A stretch of DNA of 64,000 nucleotides from an uncultured Alphaproteobacteria bacterium (GCA_963826055.1 CAWGVO010000002.1:28960-92959); one strand, 5' to 3'. Counted from the stretch's first letter, positions 1-10,311 are shown. The notes: a model not told the origin generated them from the letters alone. Numbers and translations are program-made.

Positions 1-1
1 C

Positions 2-616
2 CGCAATGCCGGCATCATGAAAGGCCCCGTCAAGTCGCTGAGCAGCGGCGATATCGAGGACATGGCCAATTTCTACGCCGCCATGGCGCCCCACAAGTCG
101 TCCAACCCGGGCAAAGGCAACCCCGATGCCGGCAGCGCCCTCAGCGCGTCGTGTCAGGGCTGTCATGGTAGCGACGGCAACAGCGACAATCCGAAGTACC
201 CGCGCCTGGCCGGACTCGACGGGAAGTACCTCATCAACGCAATCAACGCCTACAAGAAAGGGGACCGCGCCAGCGATCTGATGCGCGATGCGGTCGGGGC
301 GCTCCAGGACCAGGACGTGGCCGACATAGCCGCCTACTACGCGGCTCAGGAGCCCAAGGCCTTGCCCGGGCGCAAGCTGCTCACCGTCGCCGAATGGGCC
401 GAGCGCTGCGACCGCTGCCACGGACCCGGCGGCAACAGCGTCGACGTCCGCTTCCCGGTGATCGCGGGCCAGGACGAGACCTACCTTCTTGGAACGATCG
501 AGCGCTTTCATTCCGGCGAGCGGTCGAGCGACATGATGTTCGCGATGACGTTCCAGTTGTCACAGACCGACATGAACAACCTCGCCGCCTACTACGCGCG
601 GCAACGCGAGCCCTGA
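2..616 (+). CDS. multi-domain c-type cytochrome (cytochrome c4-like), 5' end outside window
   Basis: Frame stays open to the window edge upstream of the listed ATG at 17. Two CxxCH haem motifs (CQGCH ~152-166, CDRCH ~406-420). The first residues (…LSSGDIEDMANFYAAM) look like the tail of a preceding cytochrome c domain. Confidence 0.8.
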   Translation, partial: RNAGIMKGPVKSLSSGDIEDMANFYAAMAPHKSSNPGKGNPDAGSALSASCQGCHGSDGNSDNPKYPRLAGLDGKYLINAINAYKKGDRASDLMRDAVGALQDQDVADIAAYYAAQEPKALPGRKLLTVAEWAERCDRCHGPGGNSVDVRFPVIAGQDETYLLGTIERFHSGERSSDMMFAMTFQLSQTDMNNLAAYYARQREP

Positions 617-808
617 GGGGTCCGCCAGACGCCTGAGCGCGCGGTTCGCTGGACGCCAGTACCGATTGCTGCGCCGTCCGGAGCTGCCGATTTACGGTCT
701 TATTGACCCACGTCAAGGCGCTCTTTGCTGCAGAGCAACATGCTGCGGGCGGTCGCGGGCCGGCATTCTCTTGTCGGGTTGACGCGACCCAAGCAGGAGA
801 GAATTGGC

Positions 809-1297
809 ATGAGGACCCATTCGATCATACCCGCAGCGGTGGCGCTGTCGGCCGCCCTGGTTTGTTTCAGCGGACCGGCGTCAGCCGCCAAGCTGTTCTT
901 CGAGGGCGACATGGTACGCGGTTCGACCCAAAGCGGCGCGACCGGCCCCAGTTGCGTACTGAGCAGTCAGTTCATGCGCCGGGAGCACGTCGTCTTTCGC
1001 ATCCGCGTCCTGGACGACACGGGCGCGCCGGCTGACGACAAGGCGCTGAAGAGCCTGGTCGTCGAGCTGTCCAACGGCAAATCGCTCCCGATGCGCTACG
1101 GCGGTCACCCGCACGACAAGCCGGTCGACAATTTCTGGACCACGTCCTGGCCGATCCCGGACGACTATCCGACCGGCACGTTGAGCTACAAGGTCGTCGC
1201 GACCGGCATGGATGGTTCGACCCAGGAGTGGACGCCGTTCAACGTTTCGCTGTCGCAGCTGACGGTCATCCCCGGCGACGTCTCATTCACCAAGTAA
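809..1297 (+). CDS. secreted hypothetical protein
   Basis: Internal ATG at 809 preceded by AGGAGA. Signal peptide MRTHSIIPAAVALSAALVCFSGPASA. High GC3 coding look. No family recognised. Confidence 0.6.
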   Translation: MRTHSIIPAAVALSAALVCFSGPASAAKLFFEGDMVRGSTQSGATGPSCVLSSQFMRREHVVFRIRVLDDTGAPADDKALKSLVVELSNGKSLPMRYGGHPHDKPVDNFWTTSWPIPDDYPTGTLSYKVVATGMDGSTQEWTPFNVSLSQLTVIPGDVSFTK

Positions 1298-1301
1298 GAG
1301 G

Positions 1302-2780
1302 ATGAAACCCATGAATATCGGGGTCGGACTTCGTATTTTCATCGTTGCTGCGTCTCTCCCGGCGCTGACGGCGGTGGCCGATGCGGCGAGTGGGCGTCCC
1401 GCTACGGAGTTCGGCCCCGAGGTCGGACTGGTCGAGCCGTCAGGCGGCTTCGTTGGCCGCCTGGCGCTCACTCCGGATCGCGGGCCGATCGGGGCGCCCG
1501 TCGCCGTCAGCGGCACCAGCCTGCCGGCGAACCAGACGTTCGATCTGGTGTGGCGCACGGTCACCGGGAGCTGGAGCGTCGCTGACGCGCAATACAAGGG
1601 GCGCGAGTACAAACCGGTCGGCTACCTGATCTCGCAGGTCACGACCGACGCCAACGGCGCCTTCACGGCGACTTTCAATGCGCCGGACGATTTCGGCTTC
1701 TGGCACGACATAACCGTGCAGAGCGCCGACCGCTTGCTGACGCAGGCGGCATTCAACGTGGAGATGTCGGTGGCGATCTCGCCGGCGCGCGGACCGGTCG
1801 GCACGCCGATCACGGTCGACGTCAAGGGTATCGGCTGGAGGCAGCTCGAGAACAGCTGGCTCCTGCTTTACGACAACAAGTACACCGGCTGGATGTCATC
1901 GGTGACCCAGGGTGGCTCGGCGCACTTCACCATTCCGGCCGCCGGAAGGCCGGGCACCCATGTGCTCGAAGTGCTGCACGGCGACTTCACCTTCCCCTAT
2001 CGCAACATGCAGCAGTCGCCTGAACCGGACCGGCCGCGTTTCGCGGTCCCGTTCGAGATCACTGAGGGCGATCCGGTGCTGCCGCCGGCTCCGGACAGCC
2101 AGGTGCAGGCCAGCATCCGCAGTTTGCCGGCCCAGGGCGAACTCGTCGCCAAGCCCGCATTCGCAACGGTTGGCAAGCCGATCACGGTGTCGGGCGGCGG
2201 CTTCGAGCCGGGCAAGACGTACGAGCTCAACTGGACCACGGTCACCGGCAACCGGGTCAGCGGCTCAGGGTGGGAGGAGACGCCGCGCGTCGTTGCCTCG
2301 GCGGCAGCGGACGCATCGGGCAACCTGCAGTTCCGGTTGAACGCGCCGGATGATCTCGGCGGCGCCCACAACCTTTGGGTAAGCGCCGGTAACGCCGCCA
2401 GGAAGACGGGCGTGTTCTGGATCGCGCCCAATGCCTTCCCGCTCAGCGAGTCCAGCGGCCCCGCCGGGACGCCTTTCACCATCCATCTCAAGGGCGTCGG
2501 CTGGACCGAGACCGCCAACATCTACGCGGTCAACTACGACAACGCCTACATCGGCTATGCCTGCGGCTTCAACAGCCAGGGCACTGTCGACATTGATCTG
2601 CAGGCAACCGGAGAGCCGGGTTGGCACTTCGTCGATCTCTACCCGGCCGTTTACAAGGGCCAGGAGTCGCGGCCCAACAACTTCCGTTTGCCGCAACTGA
2701 CCTATGCCCAGGACCATCCGGGCGAGGATTTGCCGCGGTTCAGTTTCGCCTTCAAGATTACTGAAGCCCGCACCAACTGA
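1302..2780 (+). CDS. secreted hypothetical protein with internally duplicated A-B-A-B domain architecture
   Basis: Starts 5 nt after the previous stop. N-terminal signal peptide. Two A modules share the NAPDD motif. Two B modules share KG(I/V)GW and PRF..F.ITE motifs. Confidence 0.65.
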   Translation: MKPMNIGVGLRIFIVAASLPALTAVADAASGRPATEFGPEVGLVEPSGGFVGRLALTPDRGPIGAPVAVSGTSLPANQTFDLVWRTVTGSWSVADAQYKGREYKPVGYLISQVTTDANGAFTATFNAPDDFGFWHDITVQSADRLLTQAAFNVEMSVAISPARGPVGTPITVDVKGIGWRQLENSWLLLYDNKYTGWMSSVTQGGSAHFTIPAAGRPGTHVLEVLHGDFTFPYRNMQQSPEPDRPRFAVPFEITEGDPVLPPAPDSQVQASIRSLPAQGELVAKPAFATVGKPITVSGGGFEPGKTYELNWTTVTGNRVSGSGWEETPRVVASAAADASGNLQFRLNAPDDLGGAHNLWVSAGNAARKTGVFWIAPNAFPLSESSGPAGTPFTIHLKGVGWTETANIYAVNYDNAYIGYACGFNSQGTVDIDLQATGEPGWHFVDLYPAVYKGQESRPNNFRLPQLTYAQDHPGEDLPRFSFAFKITEARTN

Positions 2781-2841
2781 ACCGGCAGGCTTGCCAGACG
2801 GCGACGGCCCCCACCCGGGGCCGTCGTTCGCCGCGGTCGTC

Positions 2842-3159
2842 TCAGAGCCGCTTCCAGACCCGGGCCAGACCCCAGATCGCGAAGATCGCGCCGGTGGTGA
2901 TGCCCCACCATTTGGCCTGCCGCAGATTGAGGAAGAACGTGCCGCTCGAAGAGTCGGCCGGATGATCCGCCGCCCATTTCGCCAGGTCCTCGCGCTCCAG
3001 CCACCGCTTGGCGGCGTCGCGCTTTTCGTCGTCCCAGCGGCGCAATGCCAGATCGGCGCGCACCTGCTTGGCGCCGAGTTCTGCGAACTCGCGGTTCCAC
3101 TTGGAAATCTGGCTTGCGCTCGCGACCATTGATGCTTTGGTCTTCAGGCTGGCAACCAT
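2842..3159 (-). CDS. small hypothetical protein with C-terminal transmembrane anchor
   Basis: C-terminal part of ORF 2842..3549. ATG candidates at 3159 or 3129. Charged N-terminal half, then WWGITTGAIFAIWGLARVW hydrophobic tail. GC3-rich codons. Confidence 0.4.
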   Translation of the reverse strand: MVASLKTKASMVASASQISKWNREFAELGAKQVRADLALRRWDDEKRDAAKRWLEREDLAKWAADHPADSSSGTFFLNLRQAKWWGITTGAIFAIWGLARVWKRL

Positions 3160-3411
3160 CCGTCGCCTACCACCACAGGGCGGCGATTGCCAAGGGTCGA
3201 TGTGCCCAGCGGGTGCGCGACCGACGGTCGCCCGGTGCATTATCCCTTGGAGCGTTGCCGCAAAGCCACCCGGAAATGGCCGAATTTCAGCCTTTCGGAC
3301 CAGTGTTGCCGCCTTGCCCTTGCCTTGAAGTGCCGACATCATCGCGACCGTCGATGCGGCGGCCGGTGGCGCGATTCGAGCGCCCGCAACGCGCTGCATG
3401 GTGAGGATTGC

Positions 3412-4548
3412 ATGATCGGTAAAGCCTTGCGCTCGGTCGCGTGCGGCCTGTTGCTTGCGGCGACCGTCACCGTCGCCCACGCGGCCGCCGACCCTCAGCG
3501 GATCGCCGACCTTCTGGCGGCGGCGGTCGCCGCCTCCGGCGAGGGCCAACTCACCTACGGCGCCGCCAGCGCCGATGGCGCGACCATCACCATCAGCGAC
3601 GTCAAGCTCAGCCTTTCCGCCAGGGACGGTGCTGTCACCGTGCCGAAGGTGGTGATCAGCGGCGCGGCGGAGCGTCAGCCGGGCGGCTTCAGCGCCGACA
3701 GTGTCACCTTCGACGGCGGCAGTGCCACCTCGTCTCGCGGTGGGGTCACGTGGCAGACGGCGACGGCCACGGGTGTCGTCGTGCCATCCGCCGATGAGGC
3801 GAAGGCGCGTGCGCGGATGCGTCCGTTCACCGGGCTGACGCTCGGTTCACTCTCCCTCAGCGATGCCGGCGTTCCCGATCCGGTGTCGGTTGCCGCCCTC
3901 GACGTCACGCTCGGCGATGTCGCGGAGGGTGCGCCCGTCGATACGGTGGTGAAGGCGACCGGCGTCTCCGTTCCGGCGACGTTCGCCGCCAATCCGATCG
4001 CGCTCGCCGTGCTCGATCGGCTCGGCTACGACAAGGTCACTGCCGACGTATCAATGGAGAGCGTCTACGACCCCGACGCCGACACGGTGGACATCCGCTC
4101 ACTCACCATCGACGCGGCCGACATCGGCAAGATCGCGATGACCGGCAAATTCAGCGGCCTCTCCCTGCATGGCCTCTCCGATCCAACCGAGTCGAAAGCC
4201 GCGCGCGCGGCGGCGCGGCTGAACGCCATGACCGTCCGCTTCGATGACGCCGGCTTCGTCAAACGTATGCTCGCCATGCAGGCGGACATGCTGGGCGGCT
4301 CGCCCGACGACGTCCGCTCGGCTCTCGTAGATGGCGCGCTGCCGGTGGCGCTGAGCTTCGTCGACAATGCGAGCTTCCGCAACTCCTTCCTCGCCGCGAT
4401 GGCCACTTTCCTGGAGGACCCCCGCTCGCTGACGCTGACGGCGTCGCCGAAAGAGCCGGTCCCGCTCGGTCAGGTCCTGCGGGCGGCCCTTCACAACCCG
4501 CTGTCGCTGGCCGACCTGCTCGCCCCGGACGTGGTCGCCAATCGCTGA
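3412..4548 (+). CDS. secreted hypothetical protein (paralog of the next gene in its C-terminal domain)
   Basis: Internal ATG at 3412 gives signal peptide MIGKALRSVACGLLLAATVTVAHA. The last ~100 aa align with the C-terminus of 4559..6589. Confidence 0.6.
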   Translation: MIGKALRSVACGLLLAATVTVAHAAADPQRIADLLAAAVAASGEGQLTYGAASADGATITISDVKLSLSARDGAVTVPKVVISGAAERQPGGFSADSVTFDGGSATSSRGGVTWQTATATGVVVPSADEAKARARMRPFTGLTLGSLSLSDAGVPDPVSVAALDVTLGDVAEGAPVDTVVKATGVSVPATFAANPIALAVLDRLGYDKVTADVSMESVYDPDADTVDIRSLTIDAADIGKIAMTGKFSGLSLHGLSDPTESKAARAAARLNAMTVRFDDAGFVKRMLAMQADMLGGSPDDVRSALVDGALPVALSFVDNASFRNSFLAAMATFLEDPRSLTLTASPKEPVPLGQVLRAALHNPLSLADLLAPDVVANR

Positions 4549-4558
4549 GGCTCCGGAC

Positions 4559-6589
4559 GTGAACCGACCGTCGGCAATCAAACGATCGGAAACGCGCACC
4601 GCGCTCGCCCTGGCGCTGTTCGCGTGGGCGACCCTGATGACGGCCGGCGGCGCGCTGGCGCAGGGCCTGGCGGGTTCGGCCGAGGCCGCCCTCACCCACT
4701 GGGTGGCGACAATCGACGCCTCGCCCGACTGGTCTGCCACCTACCGCAGCGTCGCATACGACCCGACGAGCGACAGCGTGGTCCTCTCCGGCCTTGCGGT
4801 CCGCAGCGAGCGGGCGGGCTTCACCGTCGACGTCGATACGGTGGCCGTCAGCGGCCTGACCGAAACGGCTGACGGGACCCTTCGCGCCCGCCAGTTTGTC
4901 GCCAACGGCGGCGTCATCGCGGCCGGCATCTTCTCCATCGGCCTCTCGGACCTTGCCCTGGACGATTTCGTGTTGCCGCCGGATGCGGGTTTCACGTGGG
5001 ATCCGGCGCGGCCGTTCACGTCCATGATCCATGCCTACGGGCCGCTCGCCCGCATCAGCGCCTCCGCCGGTCGGCTCGGAAAGCTTTCCCTCACAGAGAC
5101 GGTGGAAGGCGTCGGCAGCCGCGTCGTGTACAGCGGCATCGCCCTCAAGAACTGGGCGGATGGCCGGATTGCGAGCCTGACGGCCGGTCCGCTCAGCCTC
5201 GATACGCCCAGCGACCTGCCGCTGATCACCATGCGTGTCGCCAGGGGCGATGCAACCGGCATCGACATCGGCGCCATCCTGCACGTCTACGATCCCGACA
5301 GCTACGTCGGTGGCGTCGGCGACGGGACCTGGCGTTCGGCGGTCGCGTCGGCGCGCTACAGCGACGTCACCATCGAGGCGCCGGGAGCGAAGGTGAGCCT
5401 CGGCTCGATCTCGGTCGACGACCTGAAGGCGCGCCAGCCGGGCGGCAGCTTCGCGGCGATGTTCGATGCGGCGATGCTCGACCCGTTCGGGGCCGGCGAT
5501 CCGGCCGCCGCCGACCGCTCGCTCGACCTTGCCTCGGCCTTCTCGGTCGGACGTTTCGCCATGGGCCCGATCGACGTCCAGGCGATCGGCTTCGACCGCC
5601 TGCACGTCGACGACATCTCGGTCGATGATCTGTCGATCGCCGGCCTCGGCAGGTTCGCCATCGACGGGCTGGAGGGCGTGGTCAGCGGTCAGGCATCGGT
5701 CAAGGTGGGGCGGCTGGCGTTCGGCGGCATCAAGCTGCCATCGACCGACACCATCGCCACGGCCATGCGGGTGGCGCGGGTCGGCGGCGACGTCGATTTC
5801 TCCTCGCTGTTGCCGACGCTCGGTTTCGTCGAAACGGGGGGCGTCGATGTCGACGTCGCCGGCATCCCGCGCACCAGGCTCGGCAAGCTGCGCGTCGACC
5901 TCGCCGACTACGTCGGCAGCGTACCAACCGCGGTCACCGTCGATATCGCCGACGCCGATTTCGCCACCACGATGATCGCGCAGGATTCGGTGCGCAACCT
6001 GCTTGCCAGCTTCGGCTACGAGCGGCTGCACGTCGATTCAAGCGTCAAGGTCGATTGGGACGAAGCCAGCGACGCAACGGTCGTCGACGATTTCAAGCTG
6101 TCGATGAGCGACATCGGAACGCTGTCGGGGGATGCCAGGTTCACCGGACCGACGCGGAGCGAAATCGAGAAGCTCGATTCGCTGGCCGGCCTCGACAGCC
6201 TCTTCTCGTCCGTGTCGCTGCAGAGCGGCACCTTCACGTTCCAGGACCAGTCGCTGGTCGGCCGCGCGATCGCCGGCCAGGCGGCCAAGCTCAAGGTCGA
6301 TCCGGACAAGTTCCGCGAACAGTTCGCCCGCGGGCTGCCGTTCATGCTGTCGTTTCTCGGCAACCGCGACTTTCAGAAGAAGATCACGCCGATCCTGCAG
6401 GCGTTCATCCGCACGCCCGGCTCGATCACGGTGATGACGGCGCCGACAGCGCCCATCGCAGTGTCGGCGATCATGACGGCGATCAGGGCGTCGCCCTTCA
6501 GCCTGCCCAACCTGCTGGCGCTCACCGTCAGCAACGCCACGGCAGGCCCTGCTGCCGGCGGCGCGGCGGCGGCGCCTGCCCCGCAGTAG
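4559..6589 (+). CDS. large secreted hypothetical protein
   Basis: Signal-like N-terminus (…ALALALFAWATLMTAGGALA). 676 aa, Ala/Asp/Gly/Val-rich. C-terminal domain paralogous to 3412..4548. Ala-rich tail. Confidence 0.6.
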   Translation: MNRPSAIKRSETRTALALALFAWATLMTAGGALAQGLAGSAEAALTHWVATIDASPDWSATYRSVAYDPTSDSVVLSGLAVRSERAGFTVDVDTVAVSGLTETADGTLRARQFVANGGVIAAGIFSIGLSDLALDDFVLPPDAGFTWDPARPFTSMIHAYGPLARISASAGRLGKLSLTETVEGVGSRVVYSGIALKNWADGRIASLTAGPLSLDTPSDLPLITMRVARGDATGIDIGAILHVYDPDSYVGGVGDGTWRSAVASARYSDVTIEAPGAKVSLGSISVDDLKARQPGGSFAAMFDAAMLDPFGAGDPAAADRSLDLASAFSVGRFAMGPIDVQAIGFDRLHVDDISVDDLSIAGLGRFAIDGLEGVVSGQASVKVGRLAFGGIKLPSTDTIATAMRVARVGGDVDFSSLLPTLGFVETGGVDVDVAGIPRTRLGKLRVDLADYVGSVPTAVTVDIADADFATTMIAQDSVRNLLASFGYERLHVDSSVKVDWDEASDATVVDDFKLSMSDIGTLSGDARFTGPTRSEIEKLDSLAGLDSLFSSVSLQSGTFTFQDQSLVGRAIAGQAAKLKVDPDKFREQFARGLPFMLSFLGNRDFQKKITPILQAFIRTPGSITVMTAPTAPIAVSAIMTAIRASPFSLPNLLALTVSNATAGPAAGGAAAAPAPQ

Positions 6590-6591
6590 CC

Positions 6592-8382
6592 CTACTCGGG
6601 CAAATTCAACCTGATGTGCAGTTCGCGCAGTTGCTGCGCGGTCACCTCGGACGGCGCGCCCATCATCAGGTCCTCGGCGCGCTGGTTCATCGGGAACATG
6701 GTGACCTCGCGCAGGTTCTCCTCGCCGCACAAGAGCATCACCATGCGGTCGATGCCGGGCGCGATGCCGCCGTGGGGCGGGGCGCCATATTGCAGCGCGC
6801 TGAGCATGCCGCCGAACTTCGCCTCCAGCACGTCCTCGCCGTAGCCGGAGATGGCGAAGGCCTTGCGCATGATCTCCGGCTTGTGGTTCCGGATGGCGCC
6901 GGACGACAGCTCGATGCCGTTGCAGACGATGTCGTACTGGATCGCCTTGATCGACAGGATCGCCTCGTGGTCGGTCAGGTCGAGCGCCAGGAAGGCGTCG
7001 TGGTCGTAATTCGGCATCGAGAACGGGTTGTGGGAGAACTCGACGCGCTTCTCGTCCTCGTTCCATTCGAACATCGGGAAGTCGACGATCCAGCAGAAGT
7101 CGAAGCGGTTCTCGTCGATGAGGTTCAGCTCGCGGCCGATGCGGGTGCGGGCGGCGCCGGCGAAGGCGGCGTGGCTGGCGGGACGGCCGCAAACGAAAAA
7201 GACGGCGTCGCCGTCGCCGAGCCTGAGCTGGTCGCGCAGCGCCTCGGTGCGTTCGGGGCCGATGTTCTTGGCGATGGGCCCGGCGCCCTCGCCGTCGTCG
7301 CGGAAGAAGATGTAGCCGAGGCCGGGCTGGCCCTCGCCCTGCGCCCATGAATTCATGCGGTCGCAGAAGGCGCGGTTGCCGCCGGTCGGCGCGGGGATCG
7401 CCCACACCTCGACGCGCGGGTCGGCGGCGATCTGGCCGGCGAACACCTTGAAGCCGGAATCGCGGAAAGTCTCGGTCACGTCCTCCATGACGATCGGGTT
7501 GCGCAGGTCCGGCTTGTCGGAGCCGTACTTGGTCATCGCCTCGGCGTAGGGGATGCGCGGGAACGACTGGGTGACCGGCTTGCCCTCGCCGAACTCCTCG
7601 AACAGGCCGCGCAGCACCGGCTCCACCGCCTGGAAGACGTCCTCCTGCTCGACGAAGCTCATCTCGATGTCGAGCTGGTAGAACTCGCCGGGCGAGCGGT
7701 CGGCGCGGGCGTCCTCGTCGCGGAAGCAGGGCGCGATCTGGAAGTAGCGGTCGAAGCCGGCGATCATGATGAGCTGCTTGAACTGCTGCGGCGCCTGCGG
7801 CAGGGCGTAGAACTTGCCGGGGTGGAGCCGCGACGGCACCAGGAAGTCGCGGGCGCCCTCCGGGCTCGATGCCGTCAGGATCGGGGTGTGGAATTCGTTG
7901 AAGCCGGCCTCCACCATGCGGCGGCGGAGCGAGGCGATGATCGCCGAGCGCTTCATGACGTTGGCGTGGAGCTTGTCGCGCCTGAGGTCGAGGAAGCGGT
8001 ACTTGAGCCGCGTCTCCTCCGGGTACTCGGCGTCGCCGAACACCGGCAGCGGCAGCTCGCGGGCGGTCGACAGCACCTCGATATCGGCGGCGAAGACCTC
8101 GACCGCGCCGGTCGGCAGGTTCGGGTTGATCGTGTCCTCGGTCCGCGCCTTGACCGTGCCGTCGACCCGGATCACCCATTCGGCGCGCACCGTCTCGGCG
8201 GTCTTGAAGGCCGGCAAGTCCGGGTCGGCGACCACCTGGGTCAGGCCGTAGTGGTCGCGCAGGTCGATGAACAGGAGGCCGCCGTGGTCGCGCACCCGGT
8301 GGACCCAGCCGGAGAGGCGGACGGTCTCGCCGACGTCGGCGGGGCGGAGCGCGCCGCAGGTGTGGGTCCGGTAGGGGTGCAT
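6592..8382 (-). CDS. aspS: aspartate--tRNA ligase
   Basis: Full-length class IIb AspRS-like translation ([13 protein letters not shown]…[10 protein letters not shown]…GGIAPGIDR). Start moved to the internal ATG at 8382. The upstream extension of the listed ORF is not conserved-looking. Confidence 0.95.
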   Translation of the reverse strand: MHPYRTHTCGALRPADVGETVRLSGWVHRVRDHGGLLFIDLRDHYGLTQVVADPDLPAFKTAETVRAEWVIRVDGTVKARTEDTINPNLPTGAVEVFAADIEVLSTARELPLPVFGDAEYPEETRLKYRFLDLRRDKLHANVMKRSAIIASLRRRMVEAGFNEFHTPILTASSPEGARDFLVPSRLHPGKFYALPQAPQQFKQLIMIAGFDRYFQIAPCFRDEDARADRSPGEFYQLDIEMSFVEQEDVFQAVEPVLRGLFEEFGEGKPVTQSFPRIPYAEAMTKYGSDKPDLRNPIVMEDVTETFRDSGFKVFAGQIAADPRVEVWAIPAPTGGNRAFCDRMNSWAQGEGQPGLGYIFFRDDGEGAGPIAKNIGPERTEALRDQLRLGDGDAVFFVCGRPASHAAFAGAARTRIGRELNLIDENRFDFCWIVDFPMFEWNEDEKRVEFSHNPFSMPNYDHDAFLALDLTDHEAILSIKAIQYDIVCNGIELSSGAIRNHKPEIMRKAFAISGYGEDVLEAKFGGMLSALQYGAPPHGGIAPGIDRMVMLLCGEENLREVTMFPMNQRAEDLMMGAPSEVTAQQLRELHIRLNLPE

Positions 8383-8556
8383 GGCGGTTTCCGGCTCTGG
8401 AACGGCTGATTCTGCTTGAAAAACGGGGCTTTTCAGGGCGCGAAAGGCGCACGCGTGCGGCCGTTTGTCAAGGTTGCCGCGACGGGCCCGAAACCGTTGC
8501 GCCAAATGGATTTGTCAAGCGGGACAAGCCCCCCTTCCGTCGGTTATAGGGAGGAC

Positions 8557-9705
8557 ATGACCATCATCACCACGACCGCCGACCTTGCCGCCGCCTGCAA
8601 GCGGCTGGCCCGATTCGAGACGGTCACGGTCGATACCGAATTCATGCGGGAGACGACCTTCTGGCCGAAGCTCTGCGTCATCCAGCTGGCGAGTCCGGAA
8701 GAGGGGGTGGTGGTCGACGCGATGGCGCCGGAGATCGACCTGGAGCCCTTCTTCAAGCTGATGAAGAACGAGAAGGTCCTCAAGGTCTTCCACGCCGCCC
8801 GCCAGGACATCGAAATCATCTACCACCTCGGCGACCTCATCCCCCACCCGATTTTCGACACCCAGGTGGCGGCGATGGTGTGCGGGTTCGGCGATTCGAT
8901 CAGCTACGACCAGCTCGTCCACCGGCTGACGGGCGAGCGGATAGACAAATCGTCGCGCTTCACCGACTGGAGCCGGCGGCCGCTGTCGGAACGGCAGGTC
9001 GAATACGCGCTCGCCGACGTCACCCACCTCCGCGACGTCTACCAGGCGCTCGCCAACCGGCTTGCCGGGCAGGACCGCACCGAGTGGGTGCGCGAGGAGA
9101 TGGAGGTGCTGACGTCGCCGGAGACCTACCGGCTGGAGCCGGAGGAGGCGTGGAAACGGCTGAAGCTCAGGGTGCGCAAGCCGATCGAGCTCGCCGTCCT
9201 TCGCGCCGTCGCCGCCTGGCGCGAGCAGGAGGCGCAGAGCCGCGACGTGCCGCGCAGCCGCGTCATCAAGGACGACGCCATCTACGAGATCGCCGCGCAG
9301 CAGCCGGCCACCCCGGCGGCGCTGGGGCACCTGCGCACCATCCCGAAGGGCTTCGAGCGCTCACGCGCCGCCGGCGACATCCTCAAGGTGGTCCAGACGG
9401 CGCTCGAAATTCCCAAGGACCAGTTGCCGCGCATCCCCAAGCACCGGCCGACGACCAACGGCAACGGCGCCGCGGTCGACCTCCTCAAGGTGCTGCTCAA
9501 GATGATCAGCCAGAAGAACGGCGTCGCCTCCAAGATCATCGCCACGGTCGACGACCTGGAGGCCATCGCCGGCGACGACGCGGCGGACGTGCCGGCCCTC
9601 ACCGGCTGGCGACGCGAGTTGTTCGGCGAGGCGGCGCTGAAGCTCAAGCGCGGCGAGATCGCGCTCGCGGTCAAGAACAACCACGTCGTCACGCTGGAGA
9701 AGTAG
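8557..9705 (+). CDS. rnd: ribonuclease D
   Basis: DEDD 3'-5' exonuclease motifs (VTVDTEFMRE…, YALADVTHL) plus an HRDC-like C-terminus. ATG at 8557 preceded by GGGAGGA. Confidence 0.9.
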   Translation: MTIITTTADLAAACKRLARFETVTVDTEFMRETTFWPKLCVIQLASPEEGVVVDAMAPEIDLEPFFKLMKNEKVLKVFHAARQDIEIIYHLGDLIPHPIFDTQVAAMVCGFGDSISYDQLVHRLTGERIDKSSRFTDWSRRPLSERQVEYALADVTHLRDVYQALANRLAGQDRTEWVREEMEVLTSPETYRLEPEEAWKRLKLRVRKPIELAVLRAVAAWREQEAQSRDVPRSRVIKDDAIYEIAAQQPATPAALGHLRTIPKGFERSRAAGDILKVVQTALEIPKDQLPRIPKHRPTTNGNGAAVDLLKVLLKMISQKNGVASKIIATVDDLEAIAGDDAADVPALTGWRRELFGEAALKLKRGEIALAVKNNHVVTLEK

Positions 9706-9726
9706 CGGCGACGCGAGCCGGTTTGG

Positions 9727-10302
9727 CTAGCGATCGTGGAAGCCCTTGCCCGCCAGAATCCTCGGCGCGTGTTTCTCGATCCGCGCCGCCCGCGTGCCCG
9801 CCTGTTTTGCCCCTGAAAAATAGAGCACGTAGCCCCGTTGCCGCCCGGGCGTCAGCGCCTCGAACGCGGCCCTGAAGGCGGCATCCTCGTCGAGCTTGTG
9901 CCGGAGTTCCGCCGGAAAGGCGATCTCCGTCGCCTGCGGGATTTTCCGCCCCGATTTTTCCACGTCCACCGCTTCGCGGACGTAGGCCTTCACGATTGCC
10001 TTGTTGCGGACGACGTCGCGGACGCTGGTGAACCGGATCCGGCGCCCCGACTGCGAATTCTTTCCGGGGCTTTCCAGAACACCCTCGGCATCGGCCAAGA
10101 GCGCGCCCTTGAAGAACGCCAGCGCCAGAAATGCCTTCATGCTCTGGATGATGACGATGTTCTTGCCGTCGTGGGTGTAGCAGGGCTGGCCCCACTTCAG
10201 CTCCTCGGTCAACCCGCAACCGAGGACCACCTCCCGCAGCTTCTCCAATTCCGGCCGCCAGGTGTTTGCCCTCCTGAACCAGGCGTCCACCGGCGAGGTC
10301 AT
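9727..10302 (-). CDS. YdeI/OmpD-associated family protein (DUF1801-like N-terminus)
   Basis: Translation pattern …ELKWGQPCYTH…GKNIV… and C-terminal …PGRQRGYVLYFSGAKQ..TRA.RI is typical of this family. Confidence 0.7.
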   Translation of the reverse strand: MTSPVDAWFRRANTWRPELEKLREVVLGCGLTEELKWGQPCYTHDGKNIVIIQSMKAFLALAFFKGALLADAEGVLESPGKNSQSGRRIRFTSVRDVVRNKAIVKAYVREAVDVEKSGRKIPQATEIAFPAELRHKLDEDAAFRAAFEALTPGRQRGYVLYFSGAKQAGTRAARIEKHAPRILAGKGFHDR

Positions 10303-10311
10303 GGGCCGCCG

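Noticed and set aside
4259-8452. Long antisense or off-frame ORFs over real genes. Examples are 4259..6031(-) 590 aa and 6038..8452(-) 804 aa. The same pattern occurs at 38591..40624(-) 677 aa, 50109..51941(-) 610 aa, 42455..43396(-) and 22856..24661(-).
   Set aside because: They are Arg/Pro/Gly/Ala-rich, low-complexity translations overlapping genes with clear conserved products on the other strand or frame. These are typical stop-poor shadow ORFs of high-GC DNA.
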